Source of the DNA: Candidatus Taylorbacteria bacterium RIFCSPLOWO2_02_FULL_44_35
GTDB taxonomy: Bacteria > Patescibacteriota > Minisyncoccia > Phycocordibacterales > DSPV01
NCBI GenBank assembly: GCA_001822695.1
Contig: MHSF01000023.1
Location: 1,257 to 43,335 of the forward strand
Length of the DNA: 42,079 nt
Direction of reading: 5' to 3'
A model generated the notes under the pieces. The model ran no database searches. It saw only the letters and a program-made list of their open reading frames with translations, and had not been told where the DNA came from. Positions 1 through 9,280 of the stretch are shown one piece after another. Numbering within the stretch: position 1 is the first letter of the stretch; each line of letters opens with the position of its first letter. The translations under genes were made by a program, and so were the position numbers.

Positions 1-2
1 CC

Positions 3-623
3 AAAAAGCCGGTTATTATGTCCAAAGGTATGGCAACTACGGCGGAAATTCGTTTAGCAATGAGAACTTTGCGTCAAAATGGCTGTCTTGATATTACCAT
101 CTTACAATGTGTTAGCTCTTATCCGGCGAAACCGGAAGAAATGAATTTATTGACAATCCCCGACATTGCCCGGCGGTTTAAGGTGGAGGTTGGTTTATCC
201 GACCACACCCTCGGCAATCATGTGTCGGTGGCGGCGGTGGCTTTGGGCGCTAAGATTATTGAAAAACACTTAACGCTTAGGCGCGCCGATGGCGGACCAG
301 ACGCGGTGTTCTCATTAGAACCTGCAGAATTCAAAAATCTGGTCAGTGATATCAGAGATATTGAACAAGCGCTGGGCAAAGTTAAGTATGGGCCGGGCAA
401 AGGCGAACAGGAAAACATCATTTTTCGCAAATCGCTTTTTGTTGTAAAAGATATAAAAAAGGGCGAGCGGTTCACGGCGGAAAATGTTCGCTCTATCCGT
501 CCTGGTTACGGCTTGTTACCGAAGTTTTATAGGTCGGTCTTGGGTAAAAAGGCGAAGACCGACTTGGAAAAGGGAACACCACTGGTGTTGAAAGATATTG
601 TTAAAAAGGAAAAAAGATGTTAA
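3..623 (+). CDS. pseI: Pseudaminic acid synthase (NeuB/PseI family) with C-terminal SAF domain, 5'-truncated by window edge
   Basis: Motifs CVSSYPA, GLSDHT, EKHLTLRRADGGPDAVFSLEP and SAF-like RKSLFVVKDIKKGE..IRPGYGL; frame is open to the window start. Confidence 0.75.
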   Translation, partial: KKPVIMSKGMATTAEIRLAMRTLRQNGCLDITILQCVSSYPAKPEEMNLLTIPDIARRFKVEVGLSDHTLGNHVSVAAVALGAKIIEKHLTLRRADGGPDAVFSLEPAEFKNLVSDIRDIEQALGKVKYGPGKGEQENIIFRKSLFVVKDIKKGERFTAENVRSIRPGYGLLPKFYRSVLGKKAKTDLEKGTPLVLKDIVKKEKRC

Positions 624-1669
624 GAAAAGCAACAAAAGAAGACGGCCAGAGATTGTTTGAATGGCGAAATGACCCGAAGACGCGGCAACAGTCGCTGAAT
701 ACTGCTCCAGTAGAACAGGCAGAACACGAGCGGTGGCTGACTAAGTCACTAGCTAATCCTAACCGCACACTCTTCATCTTTGAGGAAAACGGCACACCGG
801 CTGGCACTTGCCGGATAGATCGAGAAGTAGAAAAAGACGGCCGTGAGGTTTTTGAACTATCGTGGACCATCGCGCCGGAACAACGCGGTAAAGGTCTTGG
901 CAAAAAAATGCTCGGGGAACTGCTGGCTCTTGAGACCTTGCGCGGCAAGCTTGTCAAAGCCGTCATCAAAAGCGACAATCTCGCCTCGGTTAAAATGGTT
1001 GAAAAATTCGGTTTTCACTTTGACCGAGACGAGAAAGAAACCGGCATTTGGCTCCTTCAGAAGAAAACCATTGTAATTTTAGGCGGTGGATTGTTTAAGG
1101 ATTCCGATGGTCGTTGGCGGACGACTTTGGGCGAGAATCAGTCCGGACACTTTGGGGTTTTGAATGATCGCTTGCGGGTGGTGGCCTGCGCGGAATTGTG
1201 GAAAGAAAATAAAAATTCGCAAATAATTTCTTCCGGCGGACAAGGCAAATTGAAAAATATTTTACCGGTAGGTCTGACCTCGTCAAAAGTAATTAAAGAC
1301 GAGCTCTTGGAACTGGGGGTCTCCGCAAAAAATATTACGGAAGAAAATAAATCGGGAACAACTTTTGAGCAGTTAAGGGCAATTAAGGAAATGATTGAAA
1401 ACGGCAAAATTTTCGGGAACATTCATATCATTTCCAATAATTATCATTTACCGAGAATTCAAGCAATGATAGAACATTCAGACATTAGTGCTGTGTTGTC
1501 AGGAAAAATAAATTTGGTAGGCGCGGAAGATGTTTTACTTCGTCTTTTGCCTGACCAATGGAAAGAATTTATTGAACAATCAAAAAAAAGCGAGGCGATG
1601 AAAAAGCGTGTGGAAAGCGAGAAAAAGGGCGTGGAGCAAATTAAGAATGGTCTCTATAAGTTTGCGTAG
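617..1669 (+). CDS. Fusion of PseH-like GNAT acetyltransferase and YdcF/DUF218 (ElyC/SanA-like) domain
   Basis: N-half LRKA..LFEWRND..RGKGLGK..NLASVKM.EKFGF is GNAT-like; C-half IVILGGG, SGGQG, ENKSGTTFEQ, ISNNYHLPR is DUF218-like. Confidence 0.7.
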   Translation: MLRKATKEDGQRLFEWRNDPKTRQQSLNTAPVEQAEHERWLTKSLANPNRTLFIFEENGTPAGTCRIDREVEKDGREVFELSWTIAPEQRGKGLGKKMLGELLALETLRGKLVKAVIKSDNLASVKMVEKFGFHFDRDEKETGIWLLQKKTIVILGGGLFKDSDGRWRTTLGENQSGHFGVLNDRLRVVACAELWKENKNSQIISSGGQGKLKNILPVGLTSSKVIKDELLELGVSAKNITEENKSGTTFEQLRAIKEMIENGKIFGNIHIISNNYHLPRIQAMIEHSDISAVLSGKINLVGAEDVLLRLLPDQWKEFIEQSKKSEAMKKRVESEKKGVEQIKNGLYKFA

Positions 1670-1741
1670 AAAGCGTAGAAACAAGTGTAATGTTATTATT
1701 CCAAAACCTGTTTTTATTAATATAAGATAACAAAAATAATA

Positions 1742-2554
1742 ATGAAGAATTTTTGCGGACTTTGCGGTTTCAATAATCCTAAGGGAACGGCGACCGGTAT
1801 CATTATCAAAGAAGGAAAAGTTTTGGTTGTTAAGAGAAAAGAAGAGCCGTTCAAGGGCGATTGGGATTTTCCCGGCGGCTATATGGACGCTGGCGAAACA
1901 TCGGAGCAGACGATGAAGAGGGAAATCAAAGAAGAGTTGGGTGTAGATTGCGATACCACTTTTATTGGCTGGTTCCCGGGCAATGGTTTTTGGCAAGGCA
2001 AAAAGTTTGCGGTTCTGAATCACGCTTTTTTGGTGGAACCAAAAGGTGTGTTGAAATTAAACAAGAAAGAAAACAGCATGATGAAATTTGTACCTATCAA
2101 TAAATTGAAAGATATCGCTTTTGATTCCAACAAGAATATTGCCAAATTTGTCAGGAATAATTTTTCGGTGGACTTTCCTAGATTATTGGAGTTGGTGAGG
2201 CAATTGGACGCTTCGGCAAAAGTCAATGAAAATAACTTTTACAAAGCTGTTTTGGACGGCTATATTAGTAAAAAGTTTGTGAAGGGTAAGTTGGTTGGTA
2301 TCGGCTGGATTTTTTCTCGGCGCACGCTTTTGCGAAAACAGGCGGTAATTGAAGATGTGGTGGTGGACGAAAAAGAGCGGGGCAAGGGTTTTGGCAAGGA
2401 AATCACTTTGGACCTGATGCGTTGGGCGAAAGCCACCGGCGTGGAAGTGATTGAATTGACCAGCGGTTCCCATCGTATTGCCGCTAACGAACTCTACAAA
2501 AAAGTCGGTTTCAAACTCCACCCGACTAATCACTATTTGTATTCGGTCGTCTAA
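1742..2554 (+). CDS. NUDIX hydrolase fused to C-terminal GNAT (GNA1-like) domain
   Basis: Nudix box GGYMDAGETSEQTMKREIKEELG; C-terminal IEDVVVDEKERGKGFGK..ANELYKKVGF; N-terminal CGLC. Confidence 0.8.
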   Translation: MKNFCGLCGFNNPKGTATGIIIKEGKVLVVKRKEEPFKGDWDFPGGYMDAGETSEQTMKREIKEELGVDCDTTFIGWFPGNGFWQGKKFAVLNHAFLVEPKGVLKLNKKENSMMKFVPINKLKDIAFDSNKNIAKFVRNNFSVDFPRLLELVRQLDASAKVNENNFYKAVLDGYISKKFVKGKLVGIGWIFSRRTLLRKQAVIEDVVVDEKERGKGFGKEITLDLMRWAKATGVEVIELTSGSHRIAANELYKKVGFKLHPTNHYLYSVV

Positions 2555-2640
2555 CCCTTGACTTTTGATGTCTTGAGACAAGAAGAATTCAATTTGGTTT
2601 GGGGTTGAGCAGATTAAAAAAGGCACCTATAAAACTGAAT

Positions 2641-4026
2641 CTAACGATTGACCCTGTCAAAAACGAAAGTAACGGACATCCGCCACATTTTTTTTACAAA
2701 CTCTAGGTCATTCTTGTCAAAACGCGCCAAAGCATTCCAATTGACACGGACATCCTTTACTCGGTAATGCAATTGCCAATAAACTATGGCATTGAGAATG
2801 AGCGATAAAATCAAACTATTAATAGCTAAACCCCAAAGGCCAAAGACCGGTAAAAGTAATAAATAAAATGGAATGCTGATTAATGTCGAGGCGATTTTTT
2901 GGAAAAACAAAAATTTCTGCTGGCGGAAAGCAACCAGAAAAATTGAAGCGATTACACTGAAAGCGCTGATGGGTAAAGTGATAAGCAAAAAGTAAAAGTA
3001 AGGCAAAGATACGGCGTATTTGGAGAAAAACAAATTAATTAGCGGCGGCACAAACAATACCCCAGCTAGACAAAATAATAAAGAAATAACCAGAAGATAT
3101 TTTAAACCTTGATTAAAAATTTTTTGAAGGTGCTCTTTATCAGCCATTTCCAAAGGCACCAAGGTAGAAAGTGTTTTTGTTGGGAAAGAACCGGCAATGG
3201 TACCGACAATGGTTTTAGCTACCGAAAAAATCGCCACGGCTTCGGTTCCGAGGAAAAGCTTGGTAAACCAGACTTGGGCAAAGTTGCCAAATTTAGCCGT
3301 TGCCGGCCGGAAGATTTCCCATTTGCCGTAAGAACTAAGAGCCCGATAGAGAAAACTCTCGCCAACGGCGGTCAAATGACGCCAAGGCGAATAAGAACGA
3401 ATGAACGGCGGTAAAAGGAAAATCAGGGCGATAAAATAAGCGCTGACAAAAGCAATCAGCACTTCTTTGAGCCCGAGAGTGGAAAAAAAGAAGAAATAAG
3501 ACATTAACCCCAGTTGAATAAACTTGGAGATGGAAGACCGACTGGCGATTTCTTGGAAACGTTTCCTCGCGTCCAAAGCTAATCTCAAAGAAGAAAGCAG
3601 GGCGTCATGTAAAAATAAAAAAGAAATTATTTTGATGTGAAAAATAAATTCCGGACCGAAACGGAAAGAAAACAAATCGGCGTTAAAAAAAACAAATGCC
3701 CATAATATGATGCCGGCCGTCAGACGAAAAGCCGCATTTTCCAGAAAAATTTTTTTGGCGGCCGACTCTTTGCCTTCGCCGACCAACCGCAGCAGGTCGT
3801 TTCTGACGGTTTCACCACCTAAACCAATTAATACCGCCAGCAAAGCGTAAGAAGAAAGCAACAGCTGAAAAACGCCGTATTGATAAATAGTTAGAGCGGA
3901 AATGACCAAAAAAGTGTTTATTAAACCTCCGGCGGTCGTTATTCCGCCCCAAAAACCGTAGGAAATTTCACCGCGCAAAAAAGTGCGGATAAATGGACTA
4001 GAAACCTTTTTCGGCGTTTTAGTCAT
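2641..4026 (-). CDS. Wzx-like polysaccharide flippase
   Basis: 461 aa with many hydrophobic segments, YGVFQLLLS and LGTEAVAIFSVA patterns, inside a glycan cluster. Confidence 0.75.
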   Translation of the reverse strand: MTKTPKKVSSPFIRTFLRGEISYGFWGGITTAGGLINTFLVISALTIYQYGVFQLLLSSYALLAVLIGLGGETVRNDLLRLVGEGKESAAKKIFLENAAFRLTAGIILWAFVFFNADLFSFRFGPEFIFHIKIISFLFLHDALLSSLRLALDARKRFQEIASRSSISKFIQLGLMSYFFFFSTLGLKEVLIAFVSAYFIALIFLLPPFIRSYSPWRHLTAVGESFLYRALSSYGKWEIFRPATAKFGNFAQVWFTKLFLGTEAVAIFSVAKTIVGTIAGSFPTKTLSTLVPLEMADKEHLQKIFNQGLKYLLVISLLFCLAGVLFVPPLINLFFSKYAVSLPYFYFLLITLPISAFSVIASIFLVAFRQQKFLFFQKIASTLISIPFYLLLLPVFGLWGLAINSLILSLILNAIVYWQLHYRVKDVRVNWNALARFDKNDLEFVKKMWRMSVTFVFDRVNR

Positions 4027-5398
4027 AAAGTTTCTTTTTTATCTCACTTACAATCCGAGCGGAATTTTTGCCGTCGGTAAAACCGAAAACCTCATGCCGC
4101 AAAATGGCTCTTTCGGCCGCGTCGCATTCCGGATGAGCGAGATAATTTTTAATAGCCGGCAAAAATTCCGCGCGCTGCTCCACGATTTTAATGCCGCCGA
4201 TTTTTGAAATCAACTGATAGTGAGTAAAGTTTTTATGCCGCCGCACCGACTGATAAATCGGCCGTTGTTTATAACCGTCAAAACCGGCAACAATTACCGG
4301 CCGATCCATCAGCGCGCCATCGGGACCGACGGTGGAATAAGTGGTTACCAGTAGATCGGCGTGGCGTAAAACATTAATATAATGTTTGAACCCCGGCAAT
4401 AGCTGACAATCCTTAGCCGAATCAAAGTAAACTAACGGGTCGCCGCGAAACCGTTCGTATTTTTCTTTCTCCATAATACCGCTGGGATGCGGTCGGACAA
4501 TCAATCTGATTTTGGTGTTTAATTCTCCCGCTCTAATCCAATTCAAAATCATTTCTACCAAATCGGCGCCATCCAAAGAATAAGGGCCTTGGGAAGCGAA
4601 TAAAATCACGATTGAATCGAGCGGAAAATTTAATCGCTTCAAAAAATCCCCGCGTGATTCCCTACTGGCTTCGCCGACAAAATAATCAACGTGCGGTCCG
4701 CCCACCACTGTTACCGATTGCGGTTCGTAACTTTGGAATTTCACCGCTTCTTCTTTAACTGGCTGGGACCACACCAGCATTCGGTCGGTTTGGAAAGGAA
4801 TAAAATATTTGCTGAAATGGTCCCAATTGCCATGCATGCCGACCGTCTTAATTCCTTGTCTTTTCGCCTCCACTAAAAGTTGTAGGTCGTTAGGCCAAAT
4901 GCAAATGTTCGGCAAAAACGCCAAAGCCGGACGGTATTTCTCAAAAAGTCCTTTATAAAGCCGTTCGGGGAAAAGCCAAAGATAAATTCTTGGCGCGAAA
5001 ATTTTTTTAATCCATTTGGATTGACCGAAGGTTTTGGAAATAAAAATTTTCAACGGGTAATTCCAAAAACGCCAAAGCGGCCGGGGTTTATCGGCCCGCA
5101 CGCCATAGGAAGAAACCAATTTCGTGGTATCGGTAAAAATCAAAAAAGAAAAGAAAAAATAAAAAGCGTTTTGAATCAAATTGCGTTTGATATTTTCCTC
5201 TATTTCTTCAATTGCAATATTAGGGTGCCCGGCAAAGTCAAACGGTAATTTTGAGCCCCTTCTGACTAAAACAATTATCCTGATATTTTCATCGCGGGAA
5301 AGCAAATCCAAAACCGAGCCCCGAAAAGAGGTCAGATTACGAAAAATCGCCACATTGGACACGCTGAAAAAAACGGTCTTCACAATGCCGAATATCAT
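4019..5398 (-). CDS. GT-B fold CDP-glycerol glycerophosphotransferase/sialyltransferase-like protein
   Basis: NWDHFSK, VGGPHVD, IVRPHP, ADLLVTTYSTVGPDGALMDRPVI motifs. Confidence 0.55.
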   Translation of the reverse strand: MIFGIVKTVFFSVSNVAIFRNLTSFRGSVLDLLSRDENIRIIVLVRRGSKLPFDFAGHPNIAIEEIEENIKRNLIQNAFYFFFSFLIFTDTTKLVSSYGVRADKPRPLWRFWNYPLKIFISKTFGQSKWIKKIFAPRIYLWLFPERLYKGLFEKYRPALAFLPNICIWPNDLQLLVEAKRQGIKTVGMHGNWDHFSKYFIPFQTDRMLVWSQPVKEEAVKFQSYEPQSVTVVGGPHVDYFVGEASRESRGDFLKRLNFPLDSIVILFASQGPYSLDGADLVEMILNWIRAGELNTKIRLIVRPHPSGIMEKEKYERFRGDPLVYFDSAKDCQLLPGFKHYINVLRHADLLVTTYSTVGPDGALMDRPVIVAGFDGYKQRPIYQSVRRHKNFTHYQLISKIGGIKIVEQRAEFLPAIKNYLAHPECDAAERAILRHEVFGFTDGKNSARIVSEIKKKLYD

Positions 5399-5465
5399 AG
5401 CAGTTCAAGAAAAACTTCTCAATTGTTTTTTTAATTTGGTTTTTAGTGTTATAATATTTTTATGT

Positions 5466-6128
5466 ATGAATAAAAAATTAATAAAAAAAGTAAGAAGTAA
5501 ACTACGGCCGTTTAAATTGGCAGCGATTTCGTTTGTCGAAAAAATTAAAAATCGAGTGCAACGTTTTATCTGGCCACCCCAACTCCCCCAAACTCCCGAT
5601 GGTCGGGTCTTGGTTCATATTGGTTGTGGCAATCAAAACAGCCCGGGTTGGACTAATGTTGATACCATTCCTCTACCACACATTCATTTCGTGAGTCGCG
5701 CCGAACGTCTACCCATGTTCCCATCAAATACCGCCGACTTAATTTATGCTTGTCATATTTTGGAACACATTTCCTACCTAAAATATCACGGGGTTTTAAG
5801 TGAATGGTACCGCGTACTTAAACCCGGCGGCACCCTTAGAATTTCTTTACCCGATTTTGATAAACTGATTGCTATATATAAATCAGGTAAGGGTGACAAT
5901 CTGGAATTAACTATGCCGCCGCTGATGGGTGGTCAGGACTATGAGTACAATTTTCATTGCGGCATATTTAATGAACGTTACTTGACTGATTTGTTCCTAG
6001 CCGCCGGCTTTAAGAAAGTTCGCCGCTGGGACCCCAATACCGCGCCCGATTATCCCTTCAATGATTGGGCAAAAAAATTGGCGCACGGCAAATATCCAAT
6101 CAGTTTGAACTTAGAAGCTATCAAATGA
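5466..6128 (+). CDS. Class I SAM-dependent methyltransferase (type 11-like)
   Basis: VHIGCG, HILEH, EWYRVLKPGG; start moved to ATG 5466 downstream of TGtTATAAT. Confidence 0.8.
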   Translation: MNKKLIKKVRSKLRPFKLAAISFVEKIKNRVQRFIWPPQLPQTPDGRVLVHIGCGNQNSPGWTNVDTIPLPHIHFVSRAERLPMFPSNTADLIYACHILEHISYLKYHGVLSEWYRVLKPGGTLRISLPDFDKLIAIYKSGKGDNLELTMPPLMGGQDYEYNFHCGIFNERYLTDLFLAAGFKKVRRWDPNTAPDYPFNDWAKKLAHGKYPISLNLEAIK

Positions 6129-6137
6129 TGACACAAT

Positions 6138-7019
6138 ATGACCGTCAAAATAAACATTGTCACCCCGACTTACAATCAAGCCCAGTTTCTGGGACAAACT
6201 ATAGAAAGTGTTTTATCTCAGGAGGGAGATTTTTATATTGATTATGTCGTCATCAATGACGGTTCAACTGATAATGGCGCGACCGAAAAAGTCATTGAGA
6301 AATACGCTCAACTTTGGCAAAGCGGCGCTGTTCCAGTAAAATGCAGGGGTGTTTCTTTTCGTCACTGGACCAGGCCAAACAAAGGTCAAACACCAACTAT
6401 CAACGAGGGTTTTCGATCGGCCAAGGGTGAGATTTTGGCTTGGATGAATTCTGACGATTATTACTTTCCGGGTGTTTTTGAGGCAGTGACAAAAGCTTTT
6501 GATAGTAACCCCGATGTTGATTTTTTTTACGGTGATACTCTGAAAGTTTACGAGGACGGCAGTCGGCCGGCAACCATTGAACCGCGGCCGCGACCAGATG
6601 AAAATTTTGAGAGTTTGCGCGGCTATGGCAACTCTTTTATCTTTAATTTTTTCACTAGAAGAATTTTTGACAAAACCGGGCCGCTTGACGAAACCCTCAA
6701 ATATTGCGTAGATTTAGACCAGTGGTTCAGGATTTTTAAAATTGGTAAAACAAAATATCTGCCTTTCACTTTGGGTGCCTTCCGATTATGGAACGGTTCA
6801 CACACTATGACGAAACAATCGGAATTTGCTAGAGAAAGAACCGTTGTCGCTAAAAGATACGGTGCCAATATTATTCCACCAAAAAAAATTTACAAATGGC
6901 GAGGTAAAATAAAACTGCTGAATTTAATGCAAGGAAAAACCCCTCGATTATATGGTGGTCTAAAAACCCTCTTTTACAAAATGCTAAACTCCTTAAGGTA
7001 CCGAGTGATAGTAAAATAA
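6138..7019 (+). CDS. GT2 family glycosyltransferase
   Basis: IVTPTYNQ, INDGSTD, WMNSDDYY. Confidence 0.9.
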   Translation: MTVKINIVTPTYNQAQFLGQTIESVLSQEGDFYIDYVVINDGSTDNGATEKVIEKYAQLWQSGAVPVKCRGVSFRHWTRPNKGQTPTINEGFRSAKGEILAWMNSDDYYFPGVFEAVTKAFDSNPDVDFFYGDTLKVYEDGSRPATIEPRPRPDENFESLRGYGNSFIFNFFTRRIFDKTGPLDETLKYCVDLDQWFRIFKIGKTKYLPFTLGAFRLWNGSHTMTKQSEFARERTVVAKRYGANIIPPKKIYKWRGKIKLLNLMQGKTPRLYGGLKTLFYKMLNSLRYRVIVK

Positions 7020-7021
7020 AA

Positions 7022-7044
7022 GGGCGCTTCCTATGGAAGCGCCC
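7022..7044. terminator. Hairpin between convergent genes (probable terminator)
   Basis: GGGCGCTTCC-TAT-GGAAGCGCCC perfect 10-bp stem, A-run on the left side. Confidence 0.65.
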
Positions 7045-7063
7045 CGATGGAACGGCAAGGCAA

Positions 7064-9007
7064 CTAGCGCCAACTGACTGGTTTTAGAAGAGCTCGGCCA
7101 TCGTGCCGACCAAACCAGACGACTTGGCGAGCGAATTCTTTCTTGTCACCAAGATAATCCACTGTTTCTACGAACAAAGTCTGAGACTTCATTTCTATGG
7201 TCGCTGGAACATCACGGAGCAAACAATCGAAATACTCCGGCAGACTGCGGGAGAATTGAAACTCTCTTTGCTTCTGGGAATCCCAACTGGCCATTCGAAC
7301 AGACTGATAGAGAATTACCTCCGATACCTCAACGGCGTCAAAAGCTATTCCCCTTCTTTCCAAGAGTTCGGAAACGAGAATTTCAAACTCCTGATAGAAC
7401 TGCGCTAATCTACCGGAAATTCTCAAGAAGGTAGCTTCTTCAATTTGCCAGGAAATCTCACCGAATTCGTCCAGAAAGACGAATTGCGGTTTGCCGGACA
7501 AAATATCTCTAATGTGACTGGTAAAATGACTAAACTCTCCAGCAAATGTCGGGAAATGTTCAGCGTCCATTCCCTTTTCAATTAAATGTTCGAGTAACTC
7601 GGTGTATTTAATTCCGAATCGATTGAACAAATAAAGAGCGACAAGGAAACCGAGCTTAAGACCGTGAACGGTTCGCACTAGCCAGGCAAACACAACTGCT
7701 CGTTGCCAATCGGCTGGTGGCATTGATTTGGTTGCTACTACTATTTCTTCGTATTCAACCACTTCACCCAACCTCCTCCGAAGAGCGTGTTGCTCAACCA
7801 ATTCAAGCCGCTTCGTCTGGATACCATTCTCTAAGACATAATCTGGGTCAGCCATTCTGGTGTTCGGTAATACTTGACAAAGGTAAATCTCGACCTGGTC
7901 ATAAAGACCAGCTCTAAGAACTTCCTCGATGCCGCGTTTGAAACTTTCATAGGTTTCGCCGGGCAAACCAAGAATCAGTTCCGTGTAGACCGGCATTTTA
8001 TCACGCCGATAGCGTTTTAGCAGTTCCCGATAAGTGCTAATCTTTATGTTACTCCGACCAATATTAGCGAGAGTTGTGGGATCGGTACTTTGAAAAGAAA
8101 CCGTAACGCTTTTTAACAATCCATTTGCCTCAAGCACTTTCGCCGTTTCAAAAACTCTATCCGTAGCATTCTTTCCAAAACAGACACGAAAGGACTTAGG
8201 GAAATCCCATTGCTGTTTGGCAGCAACGAATAACTCTGCGATCTGGCGATCTCTCAGCAACATGCCGAAATTAGCATCGGCGCCAAAAACATACGATACT
8301 TTCTTTTCCGCCAGCCACTGGATTTCCCGCTCAAGCCGCGTCATTTCGAATGTCCTAACTTTGACAATGCCATTACCCCAGTAGCAAAAGGCGCAATGAA
8401 ACGGGCAACCACGGTTGGTTTCCAGAATCATTTGGTACTGAATCCCTTCCCGATGATTCAGAAAATCATCATAAAACCCCGCTAAATACGGCGAGGGCAA
8501 TTGATTGATATCCACCAGCTCCCGACCTCTGGTTCGAATGATTTCGCCGGTCACCGGGTGACGGTAGACCAAGCCATCCACTTTTGAAAAATCCCTTCCG
8601 TCAAGAAAAGCGGTAAGCACTTCGGCAAAAGTGACTTCGCCTTCGCTTAGAACCGCCACATCAACGAATGGATTTTGTTCCAAAAAGGTTTTCGTTTCAG
8701 CTGGAATATGCGGCCCGCCGAAAACAATCAACACTTTTGGATTAAGTTGGCGGGCTTGTTTCGCCAACGCCAGATTCAGTTCATGATTCCACATTGATGA
8801 AGAAAAAGCCAAGACAGCCGGGTTATCCCAAGCTGCTATGATTTTACTTGGCTGACTCCGCACAAAAAGAAAAGGCATGAACTCGTAGTTTCCTGCAATT
8901 TGTGGCAAGGTTTCCGCGTAAGCTCTCAACATACCGGAAACATTGGGCAAATAAACCCTATCGCCCATCAGAACGTTGAATTCGTGAAAGTAAACCTTCA
9001 TAATCAT
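7064..9007 (-). CDS. B12-binding domain radical SAM protein
   Basis: VFGGPH, EGE, ETNRGCPFHCAFC (CxxxCxxC), ILGLPGET; ATG 9007 or 9001 more likely than TTG 9031. Confidence 0.85.
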   Translation of the reverse strand: MIMKVYFHEFNVLMGDRVYLPNVSGMLRAYAETLPQIAGNYEFMPFLFVRSQPSKIIAAWDNPAVLAFSSSMWNHELNLALAKQARQLNPKVLIVFGGPHIPAETKTFLEQNPFVDVAVLSEGEVTFAEVLTAFLDGRDFSKVDGLVYRHPVTGEIIRTRGRELVDINQLPSPYLAGFYDDFLNHREGIQYQMILETNRGCPFHCAFCYWGNGIVKVRTFEMTRLEREIQWLAEKKVSYVFGADANFGMLLRDRQIAELFVAAKQQWDFPKSFRVCFGKNATDRVFETAKVLEANGLLKSVTVSFQSTDPTTLANIGRSNIKISTYRELLKRYRRDKMPVYTELILGLPGETYESFKRGIEEVLRAGLYDQVEIYLCQVLPNTRMADPDYVLENGIQTKRLELVEQHALRRRLGEVVEYEEIVVATKSMPPADWQRAVVFAWLVRTVHGLKLGFLVALYLFNRFGIKYTELLEHLIEKGMDAEHFPTFAGEFSHFTSHIRDILSGKPQFVFLDEFGEISWQIEEATFLRISGRLAQFYQEFEILVSELLERRGIAFDAVEVSEVILYQSVRMASWDSQKQREFQFSRSLPEYFDCLLRDVPATIEMKSQTLFVETVDYLGDKKEFARQVVWFGRHDGRALLKPVSWR

Positions 9008-9014
9008 AATAATG

Positions 9015-9197
9015 TTAAAGTTCGGTCCCAAAAAACGGCGTTTTGCCGTTTTGTCTACTCTCTAAGATAAACCTTGCCGGAATTAAAGTCAACCGAAAAA
9101 TTTTTTCGCAAACAGCGAGGTCGTCTCTTTCGGAAGAAACATAAAAGAAAATTGGCATCCAGCAAATCAAGATGATGATAAATGATATTTTCCGCAC
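9015..9197 (-). CDS. Small hypothetical protein with N-terminal hydrophobic segment
   Basis: 60-aa ORF directly upstream of and co-oriented with the radical SAM gene; no recognisable motif. Confidence 0.35.
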   Translation of the reverse strand: MRKISFIIILICWMPIFFYVSSERDDLAVCEKIFRLTLIPARFILESRQNGKTPFFGTEL

Positions 9198-9280
9198 ATC
9201 TCCCCGATAATATCATCCAAACCGTAAGTCAGACGCCATTCCGGATGCAGTGTACCCATTTTTTTAGATACCAATCCTGT

